A stretch of DNA of 61,639 nt, filler included. It is 12 parts of 12 records of this genome, joined end to end, with 100 filler letters (N's around TTAATTAATTAA, not from the genome) between each part and the next. Parts side by side here need not be neighbours in the genome. Positions count along the whole stretch, not along the records: positions 42,680 to 49,856 come from SRR7504441_11764; positions 49,957 to 52,971 come from SRR7504441_11770; positions 53,072 to 56,294 come from SRR7504441_11776; positions 56,395 to 61,639 come from SRR7504441_11786; 8 more parts are not named here. One strand, given 5' to 3'. Shown here in pieces: positions 46,660 to 56,708 of this stretch. Position 1 is the first letter of the stretch. Every line of letters begins with the position of its first letter. Made by a program: the position numbers and the translations under genes. The notes beneath the pieces are model-generated. The model had not been told where the DNA came from. It was given only the letters and a program-made list of their open reading frames with translations, and did no database searches.

Positions 46660-46735
46660 GGGATACGTTATGGATGAAGCCCTTGGGCACAATCGTGTTC
46701 GACGCGATGCCTAGGGGCGGAGAATAACAACTTCC
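46660..46735 (+). promoter_or_regulatory. Eukaryotic SECIS element, form 2
   Basis: ATGAA (46674-78) and GGAG (46719-22) core; 11-bp helix II GCCCTTGGGCA/TGCCTAGGGGC fully paired with two G-U; unpaired AA at 46691-92; apical mini-stem TCGTGT/ACGCGA; helix I GTTAT/ATAAC. Confidence 0.92.
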
Positions 46736-46993
46736 AATCGATCAGTGGCGCAGTTTCTTCTAGTGATTAGATCGAATCGCTACGAGTATACTTCGATACT
46801 TGTACTAGACTAAGTATCAGTTTATATGAGTAAATCTACGCGTATACACTTGTAATGTCATGATCATTAATGATTGTCAATTAATTGTCAATCAATCAAA
46901 TTAGTATACAATCACAACTTTAATTCGACGCCTTCCAAGAGTGTCATAAGTCTTCTCCGGAGCATCCCGACACGGAATCGCTACCAACAGTAC

Positions 46994-49803
46994 TTACATC
47001 ACACTCCAAAGCCCAACTAGACATAAACACGGTGGCGACATTCGTTTCCCAGAAGCCCACCTACAGACGTAAATAGTTCCGACCCATGATAACAGAGCCA
47101 GGCACCGCTGAAGACAGGGCTTGACCAAGAGCCTTCTCGCAGCATGTCTTAGCAAACGTGCCCAAAACAGTGTGCAGTCGGCTGATGAACTTGACCTGCG
47201 CACCAGACGGCGAGGCTGTACCGAGATAAGCTCCAACCGCATCCGACGCCAGCTGCCAGATGTTCAGCAACCACCACCGCCTTACCAGCGAGGCTCACCC
47301 GTAGCAGTCTCTCGCAGCAAGGCAGCAGCAGCACCATCGCCGTGAGTGTCCGCCGTTGCTGGGTTCTAGCCTGATCTCCATTCAACACCGAGTCAGCCCT
47401 CGACCCGCCTGCCGTTGCGCAACGAGCTTGCACAGCCCAGCAAATTTCGAGCTGAGCGCTGCCTCGACTTCACAAATCAGCCTCAAAATAGCTTCAACGC
47501 ATTCGGCTGCCTGCGCTGCACTCAGCGTTGACTCACATGGCTGCTCTACCGGGGGCCTCGGCTGCATCAGCATCTGAATTGGGCTGAGCGCTGCGGCCTG
47601 GTAGATCGCTCAGTACTGGGTTAGGCATGCACGGTGGCACCTCTGCAGGCCAGGCCACGTCTGGTATCCTGCCAGCTATATCGTCCCTCTGGCTCAGCAG
47701 CGCAAGGTGTCGCTTGTCAGACTGGTCAGGGCTCGCATCTGAACAATCGAGAGTTAAAGAATGAAAGCCTTGCTGCGGCTGGGTGCCTTCAGGGGGCGAC
47801 AGCCGGTTTAAGCTGTCCAGCGCAGCGCTGGCTTGCTGTCGGGAGGCGGCTATCTTCGCCCACGGATGGTATTGCGAAGCGTACCTGCATCCAATCAGTT
47901 GTCCGCTTACTTGATCAAACACCGATCCACAAACTCAAAGCAGCCGTGCACATACGAAGCGACCTGCTCGCTCGACTCGCCTGCTAATGGGTGTTGGCCA
48001 CAGCTGTGGGGCGGGCGACCCATTGGTTGGCCGTGGAATGTGAGCACCACAAGCGCTGCAGCGATGACCAAACTCATCGCACTCCCGCCTGAGAGCACAT
48101 CGAGTGGGCAGTGAGATGGCACTGGGCTGCCTGTCTCCTCGTAGGCGACCATGCCATGCGACAGCTTGCCCCTTAGCCCCGGCCCGTCGGGCAGCATAAA
48201 CAAGTCCAACAGCAACCCCATCAACTGCCACCAGCCGCTCTCGTCGCACCCCCCACCCCGCACCCCCGCAGGCAGCTCAGTATAGAGTCCGTTGGTCGCT
48301 CCAGCCCGCCCAAGCACACTCCGCTCGAGCAGAACCTGCCCCAAATCGCTGGACTGCATCCCAAATCCTGCCTGGTGCTTGCTGCGCTGGCCCCATCCAT
48401 CCAGCGTAGAGAAGTACCTACCGCCCCGATCGCTCCTATCTCGCATGCCAGTAGACCTGTCAGCATGCGCAAGTACGAGCTCGTCAGTCTGGTTAACTTG
48501 GCAAAATAATATCCGCAGTTGATGTTCCAGCACCTATTTGCCCTACAACGCTGCTCTGGAATCAGCACTTACCGGGATCAAGCCAAACAAAGCCTCGAGC
48601 CCAAGCCCGTCTGCGCAGCATTGTAAGCCACGCTCGACCACGCCCTATGCAGGCAATCAGAGTTGACAACGCCCGCATGCACCGCTCTGCCGTTGGGCAG
48701 CAGTGGAGCCATCAATTCTGAGAGCTCAGCCACCACCTGGTTAGGGCCAGCTTCAGAGTCATATACTACCAATACTATACAAGTACAAGTATATAACGCT
48801 AAGCGCCTGATTGGTTGGAGCGGCCACGGCTGCTCCTAGGCCAAAGGCTAGGTCCAGCTCACAGAGACGAACCTGTCACAGTGATGAATAAAGTTGTCAC
48901 AACCAGATGGCATATCGCTACAAGTTGGCACATGGGAGCTACCAGAGTGCTCGGCTGGATAGAATCAGGCAACGACACCCAAATCTGCCCGGAGAGTAAC
49001 CACAGAGGCGCCCGGCACGCACCAGCAGGCAGAGGCATCCCCAGGCCTGCAGGTCGCACTCGTCCTGATCAGACAGAAACCCGTGCCATACAAGATTCCT
49101 CAAATTAAGGCCTGTCGGTGAAAAGAGTACCTGCCACAACGTTCAGCCCGCTGGCCCCGGGTAGCACCGTGAGCCAGTCCGCGATTTTGGGGTGCGGCAG
49201 GCCAGCCCGCAGCTGCTCTGAGGCTAGAATATCCCGAAGGATCATGTTCTGGCATCTACCGCTCTGCCCCGCTGACCACAGCGAGTACAGTTCCCTCTCC
49301 AGCACGGCGAGCGCCATCGTCAGCCCTACCTGCCCCGCCTCGCTCCACCGGCGCACAGCCGGCACCAGCGCGTGGCCCTGGGCGATCAGCTGTAACGCGT
49401 GGACGGCGGCCGCTCCGTTTGGTTTGGCCTTCGCAGCTACCAGGCGCCCCAGTCCGGAGGTCAGCCCCCATTCCGCCGCGGCCAGGGCCACGATGTGCGC
49501 TAGCTCAATCATGTCCTCTAGGCCTGCCGGCTGCCGGCCCAGCCAGCTCCACTCCAACAGTCCACTCGGCCCGATGCAGGCGGCAGGCGCAAGCCCCGAG
49601 CGCGGGCGTAGTCTGACGGCCACTGGGCTGGTGAGGACCGAGACGAATGGCCGGGGCCCGCGCGCCCGGTGGTCGGCTAGCACGGCGCGCGCCTGCCCAG
49701 CCGGTGAGAGAGAGCCGAGAGAAGAGGACCTGCTCCATACGCTTTCGGTTGGGTAACTCGCTGCGCCCGATCCGGGTTGGATAGTGTAACATTCTGATCG
49801 CAT
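46994..49803 (-). CDS. Hypothetical multi-exon protein; boundaries uncertain
   Basis: Chain of minus-strand ORFs (49105..49803, 48578..48772, 47907..48533, 47533..47922 and others) with protein-like composition, separated by short gaps. No family recognised. Confidence 0.4.
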
Positions 49804-50036
49804 TCAGGCACCCATGGCAATCAAACCGCTCCTGCTCCTGCTCGCGATGATTACACNNNNNNNNNNNNNNNNNNNNNNNNNNNNNNNNNNNNNNNNNNNN
49901 TTAATTAATTAANNNNNNNNNNNNNNNNNNNNNNNNNNNNNNNNNNNNNNNNNNNNTCGGGCTGCTCTGGCCGGATCCTGTGCGGCGACCACCCGGTGAA
50001 TTGTTGACTGGAGGGGGAGGGGTGGGCTTGGGCCCG

Positions 50037-52837
50037 ATGGAAGCGCTCACCGAGCAGCAGCGGGACGCGGTCACCTGCCGGGCGGAGGTGCTCCGGATCC
50101 TGGCCACAGCGGGCTCGGGCAAGACTACGGTGCTGATCCACCGGATGATCCAGGTGGCGCGCGACTACGGCAGCCGCGGCATCCTCGGCATCACCTTCAC
50201 CCGCAAGGCCTGCGACGAGCTCAGGCAGCGGCTGTTTGAAAAGTGCGGCGACGGCTTCACCGTGCAGTCGTTCGGGCAACTGGCTCGAGCCATCTGCATG
50301 CAAGCGTCGCCGGTGACCCTCGCTAAGCTCGGGTTCGCCACCCCGCGCATCCAAATCATGGACTTCCCGCAAGAGACCCAGATCCTGGAGGCGGCGCTGA
50401 GAGAGGCGGGCGGGTTGGTCGAGCAGCTCTCGGATGATGGCCGTGCCGAGGCCGACGCGCTGATCGACGATGCGCTGGCCAGTGGTGGCTGGGACGACTC
50501 TGCACAGCTCAAAGCAGCCAGGTGGCCCTCTGGCTGCAGGACTGCACTGAATCGCCGGGCAGGCGGTTTGTGAGAGACACTCGCGCCAATCTGGTAGCGA
50601 AAGATCGGGCAACACGGGGTCATGATCTGGCCGCAAGCATCAGCGAATCGGCGCAAATGGTGCTGGCTAGATTCGATTCTGAAGCCAAACGACAAGGTAG
50701 GCTTGCCTGCTGAGTGCTTGTGCGCTGAGGCTGGCCGCAGGCCTAATTGATCTGGCCACGCTGACCTGGGTCGCCTGTGCCGTGCTGAAGAACGAACCGC
50801 AGCTGCAGCGGGAGTTCCAGACGCGATACCAGCACATATTTGTCGATGAGTTCCAGGATGCCAATAAGTCTCAGATTGAGCTGCTGCAGCTGCTGCACAC
50901 GCAAGATAGGTCGACTTTGACCTGTGTTGGAGATGATGACCAGGCTATCTACGGCTGGCGTGGCGGGTCTGGCGAGTGCTTCAAGATCATTACCGAAATT
51001 TATCCTCAGATACAGAGCAGATTGCTCGATGTCAATTTCCGATCAACGCGGGCGATTGTCGCGGCAGCGGATTCTCTGATCAGGAAGAACAAGCATCGTG
51101 TGTCCAAGACTCTGACAGCAGCAAACAGGACAGAATGTGCACCAATCAGAATCATAAAATCGGCGTCTAAGGAAGATGAAGCCGACCAAATCAGCGCCAA
51201 GATCCGGGACCTGCATAATTCTGGCGTTCGCTATGAAGATATCGCTGTTTTATACCGCTGTCATGCGGATGCTGCTGCCTTGAAGACTGCGCTGAAAGCT
51301 GCGAAAGTTCCTCTGGAGTGGATAAAGCCATCTACTCGCCGGAGTATCTTCCGCAGTAAGAAGTGCCAGGCGGTCCTTGCACACTTATCGCTCATCAGTC
51401 ATAGTCTTGACAGCGACGTTATGGGCGAGGCGAGTGGTTATCTTGACCAGGAATTCCGGGCGTGTGCTGCATCGGTCAAAGGAATTGGGCCACAGACTAT
51501 TCAAGTGCTGGTCGATAGTCAGGCCTTTCTAGACAACCCTAACTCGCTGTGGGCATGTGCTCGGTGTGTAGCTTCACACGGTTTGAACAATACGGGCCTC
51601 AATAAGAGCTCCACCGCAGCTCTTATCAGGATGGTGGAGATCATAAGGGCGTTCCAACAGTCTGTGGCAACTGGTCAGCCCCTAGTCCAGATCGTTGGCG
51701 AGCTTGTTGATTATATAAAGGGAGACCGAAGTGACCAAGCTTTCAAGGAGCTGTGTCAGGATGCTGAGAGACACAGTGCCTCTTCCACGCTAGAGCCGCT
51801 CGCCAGCGTCAAACACTTTGTGTCCACTGTGCAAGAGCAAGTTCAAGGTGACGCGAAGAAACGATATCTCACAATGTCGACAATTCACGCGAGCAAAGGC
51901 CTTGAGTTTAGTGTTGTTTTTTTGCTCCGATGGAATGACGGGACCGTGCCACTAGCAGCTAATGGAGGAGATGCAGTGAAGCACAATGAGGAGGAGCGAC
52001 GATTGGTAGCCCTCTTGTCTGCTCGTTCACCTGTGATTTGTTTGTGCTTGGCAGGCCTATGTGTCAATGACACGAGCTCGGAGCCAACTATTTATCTCGT
52101 TTTTGAGAGGCCAAACCTCACCGCTACCGTCACCATTCCTTGAGTGCTTTCCGTCTTCAGTTCTGGTACCAGCATCAGCCGAAATCCAGAGGCTTGGACT
52201 AGCAGAACTGGATGCAATTGAGACACAAGCGAAACAGTCGCATCCGACTCACCCTTCCAAACTGGTCCAGCCTTCCAAAAACACAACAAGTAACAATCCA
52301 CAGTTCGTGAGCGCCAGGTTCCAAGCTCAATCTGAGAGGCCATTCATAGATCCGCCAGATGCATATAGCATGCAAGCTGCATCTGCAGTCCAGCCAGCAG
52401 AGATGGCAGGTGGGAGCACCTCGAGCTGCATAGTCTGTGGACAGCGCTGCGATGCAGAGAATCAAGGCATGTGCCCAGCGTGTGTGACCATGATGGACTT
52501 TGGCCATGAAGACCCTGACATACCAGCGCCTTTAGCTTCGCCTATAGCACCGGAGCCTGTCACGTTCACCTGTGCGCTGTGCCGCCACAGTACGGTAGCA
52601 CGGGCTGGGATGACCTGCAGCACCTGCCTTCGTATGCATGAACAACCTGCAGTGGCCCCAGATGTGATCGACTTGGCAGCGGTCCCGTCACAAAGTGAGG
52701 CCGTCCAGCGCCAGCCCCTCGTTAGCCATGATAGAAACTCGCCTGTGAGCCAGCACAAGCCATTCAACTTCTGGAAGCCGACCATGATTTCACTGACATT
52801 TGGTCAGAAGAAGCGCAAGATCATCGGTCCTCTGTGA
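50037..52837 (+). CDS. UvrD/PcrA/Srs2-like SF1A DNA helicase (4 exons)
   Basis: LTEQQRDAV, ATAGSGKT, ITFTRKA, VDEFQD, VGDDDQAIYGWRG, NFRST, STIHASKGLEF, EEERRL|AYVSMTRAR. Three short GT-AG introns. Confidence 0.93.
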
Positions 52838-53087
52838 GCTTGCTGTCGACCTCACGTGAATGAGCGCACATGCGAGAGCCTACCGTACATTGTAATTTAT
52901 TAGCAATGTGCTACACTCGTAACGTCGTAACTGCCTTCTTGAGTACTATTGAGTACTTCTTGAGGCCCACANNNNNNNNNNNNNNNNNNNNNNNNNNNNN
53001 NNNNNNNNNNNNNNNTTAATTAATTAANNNNNNNNNNNNNNNNNNNNNNNNNNNNNNNNNNNNNNNNNNNNCGCCTCGCATCCTCTG

Positions 53088-54999
53088 ATGATATATCGGA
53101 TCGCGAGCTTCGCCTGCCTGGGCGGCTTCCTGTTTGGGTATGACCTTGGTCTGATCTCCGGGGCCCTGCTCATCCTGCAGGAGGACCTCGGACTCACCGA
53201 CGAGGAGGCCGAAATCATCGTCTCCGGGGCCAAGTTTGGCGCCTTCTTCGGCACCTTCATCGGCGGGTTCCTGATGCACGCCTACGGGCGCAAGCTGGCC
53301 ATCCTGGCCTCCTCGGTAGTGTTCACCCTAGGGCCGCTGGTGATGGCCTTCTCGGCCGGCTGGGGCGGACTAGTGATCGGCCGGATCATCATCGGGCTCG
53401 GGATCGGGGCCAGCTCTGTGGCCATCCCGGCCTACCTAGCAGAGATGGCTTCCCCGGAGAATCGAGGGACGGTGGTCTCGCTGTACGAGGTGCTGCTCTG
53501 CGTGGGGATGCTCATGTCCAACTTGGTCGACTTTGTGCTCAAGGATCTGCCGCACAACTGGCGCTGGATGGTGGGTGCCCCGGCCCTGCCAGGGCTAGTG
53601 CTCGGAATCGGCGTGCTCGGGCTGCCCGAGTCGCCGCGCTGGCTGGTCCAGCAAGGTGAGCCCGAGCCGGCTGGGCCGGCTGCAGCGCGGGCCAGGCATG
53701 ATGGACGAAGCGATCGCCTGCCTGAACAAGCTGCGGTACTCTATCATGCGAGATGAGGACAAGCAGGCCGCCCAGGCGCGCACGTGCTGCGAGTGCGAGG
53801 AGGAGCTCATGCTGGTCTGGTCCCAAGTCGAGAAGGAGAAAGAAGGACAGCGAGAGCAGAGGCGTGCGCGCCGGCAAGACGCGTCCTCTGAGGAGGAGCC
53901 GCCCAACCCTCAAGACGAGGCTGAGACACTCCGGGCTCGAGCGGGCAGCATCCGTGCCCGTGCTGACTCTTTGGCCCAACAGCGGCGAGGATGTGGGGTG
54001 GTTGTGGAGATGTTTGAAGGCATACAAGAGCTGTGGGAGGGCAAGGAGCGGATGGCCTTCAAGTTGGCGCTCTGGCTCGCATTCTTCAACCAGGTGCCAC
54101 TCGGCCGGCTAGCGGTCAGCTCGGGCAGGCGTGCGCCTCGACGGCCATTATCATCTTCATGCCGAAGCTGCTCACTAAGCTCGGGTGTGAGGACCACGGG
54201 ATCGCAATCCTCGCGAGCGCCGTGGTCTCAGCTGCCAAGATGGGCGGAGTGATCTTGTGCATGTTCCTGATAGACCGAGCCGGCAGACGCCCGCTGCTCA
54301 TTTATGGCTCGCTTGTGATGGCTGGTGCATTGGCGGCCGGTCAGCTTGTGAGCTCTGGTATGCAGGGAGCATGACCATGCTCGCGGTCGCTTGCTGGCTC
54401 TTCTCGTGGCGACTTGCCGCGCTGAGCGTGGCATGCTTCATGTTTGGGTTTGCCAGCAGCTGGGCCTCCGGAAACTGGGTGCGTGCCCTGGCCAGCGAGG
54501 GCTGGACTGTAGACAGGTGATTGTAGCCGAGGTGTTCACAATGCAGAATAAGGCAGCAGCCATGTCCACGTGCACTGCAGTGCTGTTTCTGGCCGGGGCA
54601 GCCATCAACGCAGTGTTCCTCTCGCTGTACAATCTGCTCCAGTCTGGGCTGTTTATCATCCTGGCGGGAGTGTGTGCATTCGGAGGGCTGTATGTTTACA
54701 TGAAACTCCCCGAGACCAAGGCCAAATCTCTGGCTGAGATTCAATCTATATTTGCAGAAATGAGAGCAGACAAAGAGGATCTCGGATGGTGCATGTATCA
54801 GATCTCACAGCTGCCTGGTATTTCGATGTGTCTTAAAACCCGAGGTGTTCATCGGCCTCTTGAAGCGCCAGAAGCTGAATCGACTGATGCTAGCCTTTCT
54901 GTTGGAGTTACCGGGATCAAAGATGAGGCAGTCGAGATGAATGCACTCGATGACCATGATGGTACTAACAGCACACAACGCACACACTCGGAAATGTAA
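53088..54999 (+). CDS. MFS sugar porter (inositol/GLUT-like), multi-exon, possibly 5' partial
   Basis: GGFLFGYDLGLISGA, YGRK, GRIIIGLGIG, YLAEMASPENRG, LPESPRWL, FFNQ, DRAGRRPLL, LPETKAKSLAEI. Confidence 0.93.
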
Positions 55000-55445
55000 C
55001 ACCATACTGCGTCGGCGATCATGAGCCGATGAATGCTCGAAACAACAGTTTCGTGATATCAAGCACTCGTGCGTATGCATGGCTGCGGTATGCGTATTCG
55101 TAGAGCTCCAACAGAGAACTTTGCTCATTTTATGAATATGATGTCCAGGCAAATTAAATACAAATTATATCTCGCAGATTGGGTATTCCGGCACCACTTG
55201 CTCTTAACTAACAAGTTAACTCGCGCATCCTCGAGCTCGAGCTCGTGGAGGACCGCTGCCACGGCTGATACACGGCTGACAAGGCGGCGACCAAGCATAT
55301 ATATATACTTTTACTTTCTGAGCGCTAGCTTAGGATAGACCAGAACCCTCCTAGTGCTGCTGCAAGCCTGACGATGACGCGATGATAATTATACTGAGGC
55401 GAGACGGCCGACGGCGGATGCGATGCCAGTACTGGCACCCAGTCA

Positions 55446-56294
55446 GTGCCGTTGGCTCTCGAGTTGCCATGTGTGCGCAGTGCTGAGGCAGCATGTTCTC
55501 GGCGCTTAATGAGGGCTTCGAGCGAGCTGCCACAGGAGCTGCCAATACTCTGCTCGCCTCCTCTGTACTGGACTCGGCTGTTCAGGTGGTCAGCTCCAGC
55601 TGGTTGGTCCAAGCCCGGGGTAGGCGGAGCTCAGCTCAACTCAGCTCGAACAGATGGGAAGGGTGATCAAAGTGCTCAAGGGGCGCGACTACACCGAGGT
55701 CAGGCCACTGCAATCCCTGCTGGTTAGCCTGAACTGTGCACTGCAGCGCCAGATCAATGCCATCGCGACCGGCATGGTATCTACTCCCGAATCACCGCTC
55801 CAGCAGTGCTTTGGCCCGGGGTTTGAGGTGATCAGGGCGAAGTGTAACGCAGCCCGGGAAGCTGTAGGGCTTGAAGTGCATCCGAACCAGAAGCATAGCT
55901 TAGACTGTGATGTGCTGCTAACAGTCCTTCTCGAAATCTCAGCAGAGATGTTTCCCGCGGTGTGGCTGCAGGGATTGATAGAGGAAGCGGACCTTGACGG
56001 ACATGGCTGGATCTCCTTGTCGCAGTTTGCACCTTTGATGAGCAGTTTAAAGCCTAGTTCGAATCTAGGTGAGCTTGCAGCGATGCGAAGCACAGCTCGT
56101 GCATGGCAGCGCCGACGAGATGTACAGCAGCAATCAATGCTGCGATGGCTGCAGAGTGTCAAAAGCTGGGAGACTGACCTGAAGCGGCGGATAATACGCA
56201 GGCAAGCGCTCGATGCACGTTGGAGCCAGTATGAGAGGGGGACAGGCTGTCACTTTACAAAGCTGGTCAAACAACAGCTGGGACAGGACTGCTG
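55446..56294 (+). CDS. Hypothetical protein with one EF-hand-like loop, 3' partial; start uncertain
   Basis: Open frame 55654 to the contig end containing EADLDGHGWISLSQF; probable upstream exon. Confidence 0.4.
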
Positions 56295-56394
56295 NNNNNN
56301 NNNNNNNNNNNNNNNNNNNNNNNNNNNNNNNNNNNNNNTTAATTAATTAANNNNNNNNNNNNNNNNNNNNNNNNNNNNNNNNNNNNNNNNNNNN

Positions 56395-56628
56395 AAGGCA
56401 GCAGCCGAGAAGCTCAAGCAGCGCAAAGTTGAGGAGCAGAAAGCAAACGCAAAGACGCAAAACGCTGAAGCGCCTAAGGACACTGGAAAATCTGAAGCGT
56501 CTAAGAAACAGAGTCTTTTTAATCTAGTAAGCTGGGGCAAGGATATACATGCCCAGGACCAAAGCAAGAAGAGTGACAAATCTAGTGAAAAGAGCATGCT
56601 AAGCAGCTTGTTCTCCAAGTGGTGGTAA
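56395..56628 (+). CDS. 3' end of a Lys/Glu-rich protein (5' partial)
   Basis: Open frame KAAAEKLKQRKVEEQK…SMLSSLFSKWW* followed by an AT-rich region. Confidence 0.4.
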   Translation, partial: KAAAEKLKQRKVEEQKANAKTQNAEAPKDTGKSEASKKQSLFNLVSWGKDIHAQDQSKKSDKSSEKSMLSSLFSKWW

Positions 56629-56708
56629 ATTAGCCGTTGCGAAGCCTTTAAATTAGGAGCCTATTATAAAAAAATTCATTTGAGTACTTATAATTATGCA
56701 CCTTCTTT

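Noticed and set aside
6304-56394. Recurrent TTAATTAATTAA flanked by N runs as a biological repeat or CRISPR-like array
   Set aside because: Identical 100-nt artificial linkers; gene adjacency across them has no biological meaning.
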